A stretch of 56,120 bases of DNA, from NCBI GenBank assembly GCA_049971295.1, contig JBMFLH010000003.1:4362-60481 (forward strand), given 5' to 3'. The notes under the pieces were generated by a model. It saw only the letters and a program-made list of their open reading frames with translations. It was not told the origin of the DNA and did no database searches. Positions 45,958-54,381 of the stretch are shown one piece after another (position 1 is the stretch's first letter; each line of letters starts with the position of its first letter). Source of the stretch: Candidatus Ratteibacteria bacterium (GTDB lineage: Bacteria > Ratteibacteria > UBA8468 > B48-G9 > DTJG01). A program made the translations under genes and the position numbers.

Positions 45958-47256
45958 TTATGCCCTCACAACATTTTTATAATCCTTCCTGTACACATTT
46001 CTTGTGTCAACAATGAGACCGCATGCAGATTGAAGAAGTTTATAATCAATGTTTGAGTGATCAGTGACGATAATAGCTGCATCATAATTTGAAATTGTCT
46101 TTTTGTTAAATTTTACAGAAAAAATCGGATGGCAAATCTGGCGGCAACTTAAAATATTTGGAATGTAGGGGTCATAGTAATCAACCTTTTTCACATTTTT
46201 CTCTTCGAGAATCTTCATAATCTTGATACCAGGAGATTCTCTTGCATCATCAACATCTTTTTTATAGGCAATGCCTATAATGAGAATTTTGCTTTTATGA
46301 AGGGTTTTTCCCTGTTTATTAAGGGCTTCAGTGAGTTTTTCAACAACATAATAAGGCATCTGGGTATTAATCTCCCCGGCAAGTTCAATAAATCTTGTCC
46401 GAAAATCATATTCCCTCGCCTTCCATGTTAAATAAAATGGATCTATGGGGATACAATGACCACCAAGGCCAGGACCAGGATAAAAAGCATGAAAACCAAA
46501 TGGCTTTGTTTTTGCCGCTTCAATTACTTCCCAGATATTTATTCCCATTCTATCAAAAAGTATTTTCATCTCATTTACAAGAGCGATGTTCACACTGCGA
46601 TAGATGTTTTCAAGAAGTTTTGCTGATTCAGCAATCTCCACGCTTGAAACAGGCACAACCTTTTCAAAAACCTGCTCATACAAAATTTTACCAAGTTTTA
46701 AGCATTTTTCTGTCATGCCACCAACAATTTTTGGAACTTTTTCAGCAGGAAATTGCTTGTTTCCAGGGTCTTCTCTTTCAGGCGAAAAAACAACAAAAAA
46801 ATCTTTTCCAACTCTCATCCCTGTTTTTTCAAGCTCAGGAACAAGTATTTCTCTTGTTGTACCAGGATATGTGGTTGATTCAAGAGAAATCAACTGGTTC
46901 TTCCTCAGGTGTTTCGAAATTTCAATGACTGTATTTCTAATGTAAGTTAAGTCTGGTTCCCTGTGAGCATCAAGAGGTGTTGGCACACAGATAATAATAG
47001 CATCTGGCTCAGATAGTCTGGTGGTATCTGCTGTTGCTATAAAATAATGCTGATGCTGTCTTATTTCATCGTCAGAGATATGGGAAATATAGGATTTACC
47101 TCTGTTCAGTGTATCAGCCTTGTTTTTGTCTGAATCAAAACCAATAACATGAAATTGTTTTTTTGCATATCTCAAAGCAAGCGGAAGCCCAACATAACCA
47201 AGCCCGACAACTCCTATTGAATACTCTCCAGGTGCAATTTTAATCTGCGATTTCAT
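45958..47256 (-). CDS. UDP-N-acetyl-D-glucosamine/mannosamine 6-dehydrogenase family (nucleotide-sugar dehydrogenase)
   Basis: ATG 47256 has GGAGG 5 nt upstream. Rossmann motif GVVGLGYVGLPLA and catalytic Cys context GLGGHCIPIDP. Confidence 0.8.
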   Translation of the reverse strand: MKSQIKIAPGEYSIGVVGLGYVGLPLALRYAKKQFHVIGFDSDKNKADTLNRGKSYISHISDDEIRQHQHYFIATADTTRLSEPDAIIICVPTPLDAHREPDLTYIRNTVIEISKHLRKNQLISLESTTYPGTTREILVPELEKTGMRVGKDFFVVFSPEREDPGNKQFPAEKVPKIVGGMTEKCLKLGKILYEQVFEKVVPVSSVEIAESAKLLENIYRSVNIALVNEMKILFDRMGINIWEVIEAAKTKPFGFHAFYPGPGLGGHCIPIDPFYLTWKAREYDFRTRFIELAGEINTQMPYYVVEKLTEALNKQGKTLHKSKILIIGIAYKKDVDDARESPGIKIMKILEEKNVKKVDYYDPYIPNILSCRQICHPIFSVKFNKKTISNYDAAIIVTDHSNIDYKLLQSACGLIVDTRNVYRKDYKNVVRA

Positions 47257-47401
47257 ATAACCTCCGTAATTTTTCATTTAATATAACACAACCCTATCAA
47301 TCTCTCAAATTCATCAAAAAAAGACACCACCTTGACAAAAATTTGGAAATATGTTGAATAATTTGTTAGGAAAAATGTGATAAAAATTGCAAGGAATAAA
47401 A

Positions 47402-48043
47402 ATGGGAGAAAAAATTATCCTTTCATCGTTTGAGTATAAAAGGCATATCAACAAAAATGACAAGGTAAAACTTGCACAATACGTCACACAACATATTATT
47501 GCTCCAAATGAAACAATTTTTCTTGGTGCGGGAACAACTGTTTCGTATGTTGGAGAAGAAATTGCAAGATGTTGTACAAATTACTCATTAAAAATCTGGA
47601 CAAACAATATTGGTCTGATCAATATCCTGCTGGCAAAGTTTGAAAAGTTTTTCACATTTAATTTTGTGGGAATTGTCTCTGGAGAGTTTTCAAGCAAGAA
47701 TATGTCCATTATTAACCTGACATTACCAGTGCCAGAAATACCAAAAATCATCATTGGCTCTCCTGCCATCAGCAGCAAAGGAATGAGTGCCGATAACATA
47801 TCCACCCAACATCAGGTTGATAGTTTAATCAAAAGAACAAATGAAGTCATTATCGTGGCGGACGGCTCAAAAATAGGAAAAACAGAAACATATCTGACGA
47901 GAACCGCAAGGATGATTCGCATTGATATCAAAAAAGGAAGGAAATACCTCCTTCTTACAACAAAACCTCAGATAGATTATAAATTCTTTGAAAAAGAAGT
48001 TTCCAGATTACAAAATCTTGGAATCAATGTAAAGATTCTTTAA
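47402..48043 (+). CDS. DeoR-family C-terminal (sugar-phosphate sensor, DeoRC) domain protein lacking the N-terminal HTH
   Basis: KVKLAQYVTQHIIAPNETIFLGAGTTVSYVGEEI...LKIWTNNIGLINILL...VIIVADGSKIGK matches the DeoRC pattern. Only about 19 residues precede it, where DeoR regulators carry a ~55-aa winged helix. ATG 47402 has an AAGGA RBS. Confidence 0.5.
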   Translation: MGEKIILSSFEYKRHINKNDKVKLAQYVTQHIIAPNETIFLGAGTTVSYVGEEIARCCTNYSLKIWTNNIGLINILLAKFEKFFTFNFVGIVSGEFSSKNMSIINLTLPVPEIPKIIIGSPAISSKGMSADNISTQHQVDSLIKRTNEVIIVADGSKIGKTETYLTRTARMIRIDIKKGRKYLLLTTKPQIDYKFFEKEVSRLQNLGINVKIL

Positions 48044-48052
48044 GGAGGCGGC

Positions 48053-48223
48053 ATGAAAAGAAACCTCAAGTGTTCAATATGTGGAAAAAAGGTATCTGTT
48101 GATGAGGTGTTTGGCTTTTACCCTGAAGACGATTCCCTCATTTGTAAGAAATGTTTCAGTAATTTTTTTGTAAATCCAGGGAAAAAATCCTGTCTGAAAA
48201 GGACTCATAATGATAATGAGTGA
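48053..48223 (+). CDS. small zinc-ribbon protein (CxxC...CxxC), below the ORF-track size cutoff
   Basis: ATG 48053 is preceded by GGAGG (48044-48048). The 56 codons read MKRNLKCSICGKKVSVDEVFGFYPEDDSLICKKCFSNFFVNPGKKSCLKRTHNDNE, with TGA at 48221-48223. Confidence 0.5.
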   Translation: MKRNLKCSICGKKVSVDEVFGFYPEDDSLICKKCFSNFFVNPGKKSCLKRTHNDNE

Positions 48224-48233
48224 AAACTAAACT

Positions 48234-48480
48234 ATGTGTGGAATCACTGGTTACATAGGAAAACAGAAAGTAGTATCAAACGTGATTGAATCACTTAAAA
48301 AACTTGAACACTGAGGATATGAGTCCTGTGGCATCGCATTTATAAACAATAGTTCACTATAAGTGGTTAAAACTGTTGGCAGAATCGCCAATCTCTGCGA
48401 TAAATGACAAACAAAAACATTGAACAATATTGAGGAAATCAAAACCCGGTGAGGGAAAACATTTTTCACAACAGAAAATA
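48234..48480 (+). pseudogene. glmS: 5' relic of glmS (glutamine--fructose-6-phosphate aminotransferase) with four in-frame stops
   Basis: MCGITGYIGKQKVVSNVIESLKKLEH*GYESCGIAFINNSSL*VVKTVGRIANLCDK*QTKTLNNIEEIKTR*GKTFF aligns with the conserved GlmS N-terminus (MCGIVG...LEYRGYDSAG...HTRWATHG). Stops are at 48312, 48360, 48405 and 48450. Nothing matching the rest of the ~600-aa protein follows. Confidence 0.7.
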
Positions 48481-48664
48481 ATCAGGACATTAAACAAATC
48501 TATGATAGTGCAATATTGATTCATGGCTCAAAAAACTTTCACCCATTTGTTCAGTTGTTGCATTTCAACTTCTTTCATATTTCCTCGCGCTTGAAAAAAC
48601 CTTCCTGTTGACAGGCCCAGAAATTTAGCAAAAACAGCCCCTGTGGAATAGTATTTTATTTTTT

Positions 48665-48692
48665 CTCCTGTCATAGTAAAATGAAACAGGAG
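48665..48692 (+). promoter_or_regulatory. hairpin that sequesters the nrdJ Shine-Dalgarno sequence
   Basis: CTCCTGT (48665-48671) is perfectly complementary to ACAGGAG (48686-48692), with a 14-nt loop. The 3' arm contains the AGGAG RBS, 10 nt before ATG 48703. Confidence 0.35.
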
Positions 48693-48702
48693 GTATTGCA
48701 AT

Positions 48703-50772
48703 ATGAAAATCACATCCGTAAAAAAAAGAAATGGACAGATCGAGAAGTTTGCCGAAGAAAAGATTACCCTTGCTATTTATAAAGCACTTAAAGCCAGAAA
48801 AAAGGATGATTTTTTGCTTGCAGAAAATCTGTGCAAACAGGTCGTTAAAACCCTTGAGAAAGAAAAGCGTACCTGTGTGTCTGTTGAACACATTCAGGAT
48901 ATCGTTGAAGAAACGTTAATGAGAAACAATCTTCCTGATGTCGCAAAAGCATATATTCTTTATAGAGACAAACGAAGGGAAATTAGAGAAAGTAAAAAAA
49001 TCATTGGCGTTGAAGATAGATTAAAACTTTCTATTAATGCCATCAGCATTCTCAAACAAAGATACCTTTTGAAGGACGAAACTGGAAGAATTATTGAAAC
49101 ACCTGAACAGATGTTTGAAAGAGTGGCACGGCATATTGCATCTGCTGAAAAGGATTCTGAAAAGGCAGTTTATCAGGAAAAATTTTACAAATTGCTTACA
49201 AACCTTGAGTTTCTTCCAAACTCACCCACATTGATGAATGCAGGAACATCTCTCGGACAACTTTCAGCATGCTTTGTTCTACCTGTACCTGATTCAATTA
49301 TCGGCATTTTTGGCGCACTAAAAAACATGGCAATTATCCATCAAAGTGGTGGTGGTACTGGCTTTTCCTTTTCAAATATCAGACCAAAGGGAGACATTGT
49401 CCGCTCAACAATGGGAGTTGCCTCAGGGCCTGTCTCCTTCATTGAAATTTTTGATAAGGCAACAGAAGTTGTAAAACAGGGTGGAAGACGGAGGGGAGCA
49501 AACATGGGGATACTAAGAATTGACCATCCTGATATCATTGAATTTATCACATCAAAACGGAAAAACATCCTAACAAACTTTAATCTTTCTGTTGCTGTCA
49601 CAGACACATTTATGGAAAGCGTTTTAAAAAACAAAAAATTTGAGTTAATAAATCCAAGAACAAACACTGCCATAAAAACTATACCCGCAAGAGAACTTTT
49701 TGATATTGTATGTGAGTGTGCATGGGAAACAGGAGACCCTGGTCTGATTTTTATTGATGAGATTAACAGAAAAAACCCAACACCAGAAGTTGGAACCATT
49801 GAAGCCACAAATCCCTGCGGTGAACAGCCACTGCTTAATTATGAATCCTGCAATCTTGGTTCAATCAACCTGACGAAAATTTTCGATCGTGGCACCATAA
49901 ATTGGGAAAAACTTAAACAAATTGTACAACTTGCCACAAGATTTCTGGACGATGTGATTGATGTAAACCACTATCCTATCAAGGAAATAGAACAGATGAC
50001 GCTTGCCAATAGAAAAATTGGACTTGGCATTATGGGATGGGCTGATTTACTTGCTGAACTTGAAATTCCTTATGCGAGCAAGGAAAGTTTAAAACTCGCA
50101 GAAAAACTTATGGATTTTATCAACACCACTGCATTAGAATATTCAATTTATCTTGGAAAAATCAAGGGAAGTTTTCCAAACCTCAAAAAAAGTATTTTCA
50201 GAGATCAATTTGACACACTGAGAAACTGTACAAGAACCACGATTGCACCCACAGGCACCATCAGTATTATTGCTGGCTGCTCCAGCGGTATTGAGCCATT
50301 TTTTGCAATTGCATACGGAAGAAAACTGGCTGGTTCAAGTATTTTTGAAATCAATCCTGTCTGGGAACGAAAGGCAGAAAAATTCAAATTATTGAGACCA
50401 GACATTACAGCAGAAATTATAAAAACAGGTTCTCTTAAAAATATAAAAGGAATACCGGCGCATATCAAAAATGTATTCAAAACAGCGCTTGAGATTGAAC
50501 CCGGTCTGCACCTTTTCATGCAGGCAGCATTCCAGCGTCATACTGATAATGCTGTTTCAAAAACAATCAATCTACCTGAAAATGCCACAATCCAGACGGT
50601 AAAAAATATTTTCATTTCAGCATATAAAATGAAATGTAAAGGAATTACGATCTTTCGATATGGAAGTAAATCATCTCAGGTGCTTTACCTCGGAAAAGAT
50701 TTCAGTCAGATTGATTATCTTCAAATTGGCGAACACTTTTCTGGCTGCACAAAGGGATATTGTAATTATTAA
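48703..50772 (+). CDS. nrdJ: class II (adenosylcobalamin-dependent) ribonucleotide reductase with an N-terminal ATP-cone
   Basis: ATP-cone opening MKITSVKKRNGQIEKF, active-site block EATNPCGEQPL and SCNLGSINL. At 689 aa there is no sign of an intein. Confidence 0.85.
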   Translation: MKITSVKKRNGQIEKFAEEKITLAIYKALKARKKDDFLLAENLCKQVVKTLEKEKRTCVSVEHIQDIVEETLMRNNLPDVAKAYILYRDKRREIRESKKIIGVEDRLKLSINAISILKQRYLLKDETGRIIETPEQMFERVARHIASAEKDSEKAVYQEKFYKLLTNLEFLPNSPTLMNAGTSLGQLSACFVLPVPDSIIGIFGALKNMAIIHQSGGGTGFSFSNIRPKGDIVRSTMGVASGPVSFIEIFDKATEVVKQGGRRRGANMGILRIDHPDIIEFITSKRKNILTNFNLSVAVTDTFMESVLKNKKFELINPRTNTAIKTIPARELFDIVCECAWETGDPGLIFIDEINRKNPTPEVGTIEATNPCGEQPLLNYESCNLGSINLTKIFDRGTINWEKLKQIVQLATRFLDDVIDVNHYPIKEIEQMTLANRKIGLGIMGWADLLAELEIPYASKESLKLAEKLMDFINTTALEYSIYLGKIKGSFPNLKKSIFRDQFDTLRNCTRTTIAPTGTISIIAGCSSGIEPFFAIAYGRKLAGSSIFEINPVWERKAEKFKLLRPDITAEIIKTGSLKNIKGIPAHIKNVFKTALEIEPGLHLFMQAAFQRHTDNAVSKTINLPENATIQTVKNIFISAYKMKCKGITIFRYGSKSSQVLYLGKDFSQIDYLQIGEHFSGCTKGYCNY

Positions 50773-50774
50773 TT

Positions 50775-51203
50775 TCAGCGCTTTCCTGTTTTTATCGTTT
50801 CAAGGATGCCATCAAGTTGTAAAAGAAGTTTTTCAGATATATTGTCCATGTATTCTGCTGTTTCTGAAGATAAAGCACCATATCTTTTCAGGTGTTTTGC
50901 GCCCAGCTCCATAACATTTTCTCTGAATGCAGCGACCCTGCTCCATATATCATTCAATGCAGATTGAGTCGTTTTCGTAAAACCAAGGTCTTTCTTTACT
51001 GTGTCAAGATATCCCCTCAAAGCAAGGATTTGTTTTTTTAGCGATTTTCTTTGCGAAGCGCTTAAATCGTTTTTTTCTTCGTATAGCACTGACTGATACT
51101 GGCTCCCATTTACCCATTTTTCAATGGCAACCAGAAGTTCATCAAGCATTGTCAGAGTTGTTGAAATAGCTCTTTTATGATTGGAACCGAGCTTGAAAAT
51201 CAT
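50775..51203 (-). CDS. hypothetical protein (helical/coiled-coil-like)
   Basis: 142-aa ORF immediately downstream of eno on the same strand. No recognised motif. Confidence 0.4.
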   Translation of the reverse strand: MIFKLGSNHKRAISTTLTMLDELLVAIEKWVNGSQYQSVLYEEKNDLSASQRKSLKKQILALRGYLDTVKKDLGFTKTTQSALNDIWSRVAAFRENVMELGAKHLKRYGALSSETAEYMDNISEKLLLQLDGILETIKTGKR

Positions 51204-51215
51204 TTTTACACTGTC

Positions 51216-52496
51216 TCACTCCCTCTGAAGGGGATTACCAAATACAGCAGATTTGCCAAGATCCCATTCGATTTCCAGCAATCTATTATATTTCGCAATT
51301 CTCTCGCTTCTGCAGGCAGAACCTGTTTTAATCTGTCCACCAGCCATTGCAACAGAAAAGTCTGCCATAAACGTATCTTCTGTTTCACCACTTCTGTGAG
51401 AAATCACATAGCCCCAGCCCGCCTTTCTGCATAGATTGATTGCCTGAATGGTTTCTGTCACCGTCCCGATCTGATTAAGTTTTATTAACACAGCGTTGCT
51501 GGCTTTTTCTTTGATTCCCTTTGCTATGAATTTTGTGTTGGTGACATAAAGGTCGTCACCGACAATCTGAATTTTGTTGCCAAGCTTTTCAGTCATTTTC
51601 TTAAAACCATACCAGTCATTTTCAGCAAGACCGTCTTCGATGGACACTATTGGATACTTTTTTATCCAGTTTTCATACAACTCTATCATCTCTTCAGAAG
51701 TTTTTTTACCCTGCTTTGATTTTGACAGATTGTACACGCCATCTTCATAAAAAGAACTTGCAGCAGGATCAAGCGCAATTGCAATATCAATTCCTGGCTT
51801 GTATCCTGCTTTTTCTATTGCCCTGACAATCACCTCGCATGCCTCATCATTACTTGATAGGTTGGGGGCAAAACCTCCCTCGTCTCCAACTCCTGTTGAA
51901 TAACCTTTTTCTGAGAGAATTTTCTTGAGTGCGTGAAACGTTTCTGCGCCATACCTCAAAGCTTCTCTGAAATTTGGCGCACCAATTGGCATCACCATAA
52001 ACTCCTGGAAGTCCACACTATTATCAGCATGTTTTCCACCATTAAGAATATTCATCATTGGAACAGGAAGCCGCGTGGCTCCTGTTCCACCAAGATATTG
52101 GTATAGAGGAAGCCCGGAAAGCTCTGCCTGCGCCTTTGCCACCGCCATCGAAACAGCAAGAATTGCGTTTGCGCCAAGATTTCCTTTATTTGGAGTTCCA
52201 TCCAGTTCAATCATCATCTGGTCTATTTCTGACTGTCTTTGTGGTTCAATTCCAATAACTTTCGGAGCAATGATATTGTTGACGTTTTCAATTGCCTTCA
52301 GTACTCCCTTTCCACCATATCTTTTTTTGTCTCCATCCCTTAATTCAACTGCTTCATTCTCACCCGTTGAAGCGCCTGATGGCACTGAACTTGAAACTTT
52401 TATTCCGTTGCTCAAACAACAAAAAACCCTTACTGTGGGATTGCCCCTTGAATCAAGAATTTCAATTGCATTGAGTGAAGAAATCACAACTTTCAT
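51216..52496 (-). CDS. eno: enolase (phosphopyruvate hydratase)
   Basis: [23 protein letters not shown] and [10 protein letters not shown] motifs, with a GGAGGG RBS. Confidence 0.95.
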   Translation of the reverse strand: MKVVISSLNAIEILDSRGNPTVRVFCCLSNGIKVSSSVPSGASTGENEAVELRDGDKKRYGGKGVLKAIENVNNIIAPKVIGIEPQRQSEIDQMMIELDGTPNKGNLGANAILAVSMAVAKAQAELSGLPLYQYLGGTGATRLPVPMMNILNGGKHADNSVDFQEFMVMPIGAPNFREALRYGAETFHALKKILSEKGYSTGVGDEGGFAPNLSSNDEACEVIVRAIEKAGYKPGIDIAIALDPAASSFYEDGVYNLSKSKQGKKTSEEMIELYENWIKKYPIVSIEDGLAENDWYGFKKMTEKLGNKIQIVGDDLYVTNTKFIAKGIKEKASNAVLIKLNQIGTVTETIQAINLCRKAGWGYVISHRSGETEDTFMADFSVAMAGGQIKTGSACRSERIAKYNRLLEIEWDLGKSAVFGNPLQRE

Positions 52497-52530
52497 ATTT
52501 TCCCTCCGGTCAGGTAAATCTTAAATACAT

Positions 52531-52560
52531 ATATTATCTCTATTTTTTGATTTCAATCAA
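52531..52560 (-). promoter_or_regulatory. putative eno promoter (TTGATT-18 nt-TAATAT) whose -35 box lies in a 14-bp palindrome
   Basis: On the minus strand the -35 TTGATT is the complement of 52555-52560 and the -10 TAATAT is the complement of 52531-52536. TTGATTTCAATCAA (52547-52560) consists of 6-bp inverted arms around a 2-bp centre. Confidence 0.4.
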
Positions 52561-52598
52561 GATTTTACCAGAAACGTGATAAAAGCAACACGGACTTT

Positions 52599-54200
52599 TC
52601 ATTCATCAAGAATTCGTTCTGCTTCTTTTCTCTGAGCATCCATCACATAGGTAATACCTGATATTTTGCTTGCTTCCTCTGTAAGAGCCACAACATCCTC
52701 ACGGTGCAATGAATCAAGCCTGAAGCTTCTTGCACCAGCCATCAGCTGACTTAACCCGGTTTTCAATTTATCCACAAATGTATAAATGGCGATGGCGCCC
52801 AATGGCATTTCCTTCATTTTTTTACCATATTTATTTTCAAGCATTGTGTACGTTGTAAAAATTTCTTCTGGTTTTGTTCCGTATTTAGAGACTGCAGGAG
52901 GTAATTTCTCCCATTTCCCATGACCAGAACCTGTGAGTGCCTTTTGAATATTGTCACCAACAAAACCAGGTATCATAAGAGCCCGTCCCATGCAAACAGC
53001 CTTAAAATAGGGTGCCCCCATCGCAAGTACCTTGAAAATGTGGTCCTCTGTTGAAAAGCCGCCAGCCATAGCAAGATCTGGTATCCACATATTTTTCCTG
53101 ACAAGTTTCTGGGCAAATTGATAGGCAAGGCTCTGGAGGTAAAATGTGGGTATACCCCACTCCTGCATCATTCGCCATGGACTCATTCCTGTACCACCAC
53201 CTGATCCATCAATAGTCACAAGGTCAACCCTTGCGCTTGAAGACCATTTTAATGCCATCGCCAGCTCTCTTGGTCCATAGGCACCAGTTTTTAAACTCAC
53301 CCTTTTTACTCCGACACTTCTTCTGAGATATTCAACAGAACGAACAAATTCTTCCTCATCAATGAATCCCAGTCTTGAGTGCCTCTCAAATTCCTTGATT
53401 CCTCCCTTTTTATATGCTTCCTGAACTGATGGATTTGAAGGATTTGGGACAATAATATAACCACGTCTTTGCAAGCCAAGCGCCCTTTCTATGTCTTTAA
53501 TTTTGATTTCACCACCAATTGATTTTGCCCCCTGACCCCATTTGAGTTCTATGGATTCAACACCCAGTTTTTCAACCACATATTCTGCAACACCAAGGCG
53601 GGTATCCTCAACATTCAATTGAACAATAATATCACCATATTCTTCCTGCCACTGTTTGTAAATTTTGATTCTTCTTTCCATTTCAGGAGACCTGATGACC
53701 TTACCATGTTTATCCACTTCAAGTTGCTGATCTATGCCACAGACATTTTCTCCAACAACAAGGGAAATTCCTGATATTGCTGCCCCAACAGCAAAACTTT
53801 CCCAGTGCTTTCTTGCAATGTCTGTGGAACCGAGGGCTCCAGTAAAAATTGGCATCCGCATCCTTACAGGATAAAGATGCCCGTAAACTGCTGTTGTATC
53901 AACTTCAGGGAAAATTGCCTTATCAGGATTTGCTTCGTTGATTGCTTTTGCCCCCAGAGCATAACCCATAATATTCAGATGTGAATAATCAACCGGGTAT
54001 TGTTTGTCACAGCCAGATGTAATTTCTCCAAATGGTCCGGGGTAAAGGGCTTCTCTTCCCCTGAAAGAAGCCTTGAAAATTTCACATAAACCAGTACAGT
54101 CTTCCCTGCATACGGTACAGATTCCAGAATTCGGGGCAACATCTCTTGAACGATTTTTTGTTCCTGTTGCCTCATTGGCATTCGGCCTTTGCAAATTCAT
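52599..54200 (-). CDS. FMN-dependent glutamate synthase domain protein (GltB domain-2-like, archaeal-type stand-alone subunit) with an N-terminal Cys cluster
   Basis: CTVCREDCTGLCEI (CxxCxxxCxxxC) followed by a TIM-barrel region with IDGSGGGTGMSPW, as in the PF01645 family. Confidence 0.75.
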   Translation of the reverse strand: MNLQRPNANEATGTKNRSRDVAPNSGICTVCREDCTGLCEIFKASFRGREALYPGPFGEITSGCDKQYPVDYSHLNIMGYALGAKAINEANPDKAIFPEVDTTAVYGHLYPVRMRMPIFTGALGSTDIARKHWESFAVGAAISGISLVVGENVCGIDQQLEVDKHGKVIRSPEMERRIKIYKQWQEEYGDIIVQLNVEDTRLGVAEYVVEKLGVESIELKWGQGAKSIGGEIKIKDIERALGLQRRGYIIVPNPSNPSVQEAYKKGGIKEFERHSRLGFIDEEEFVRSVEYLRRSVGVKRVSLKTGAYGPRELAMALKWSSSARVDLVTIDGSGGGTGMSPWRMMQEWGIPTFYLQSLAYQFAQKLVRKNMWIPDLAMAGGFSTEDHIFKVLAMGAPYFKAVCMGRALMIPGFVGDNIQKALTGSGHGKWEKLPPAVSKYGTKPEEIFTTYTMLENKYGKKMKEMPLGAIAIYTFVDKLKTGLSQLMAGARSFRLDSLHREDVVALTEEASKISGITYVMDAQRKEAERILDE

Positions 54201-54381
54201 TTGGTCCTCCTGGTAAAAGGTTAAAAAATAAACAACTGATGGCTGAGTGGCACCTTTGCCTTATTTAAATTGGAAAATGCTGTTCTTGCTGGTTTTTGGA
54301 CTTCTTTGTCCGGTGAGCTTCCTTGCTTTTATACTATATGCTATAATAAAATCGATGACATGTCAAATTTCTGATTTGTGA

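Noticed and set aside
48234-48480. Possible TGA reassignment (code 4 or 25), because a TGA sits at the invariant Trp of the glmS HTRWATHG block
   Set aside because: Another TGA in the same relic replaces a conserved Arg, and a TAA is also in frame. Many well-supported genes in the window terminate at TGA at positions matching family lengths (HEPN, enolase, the 1202-aa gene, the FMN glutamate-synthase-domain protein). Standard code with a decayed pseudogene explains everything.
48480-48702. Cobalamin riboswitch or NrdR box upstream of nrdJ
   Set aside because: I could not find the conserved B12-box core. The only palindromic element (CAATATTG within CTATGATAGTGCAATATTGATTCAT, ~48500-48525) matches the NrdR-box consensus poorly. 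Only the SD-sequestering hairpin is reported.
54201-54381. 180-nt leader upstream of the glutamate-synthase-domain gene as a possible glutamine or other riboswitch
   Set aside because: I recognised no conserved riboswitch core. Only short palindromes (GACATGTC, ATCGAT) and weak 4-bp stems are present. A promoter-like TTGACA...TATAGT region exists, but the spacing is ambiguous.
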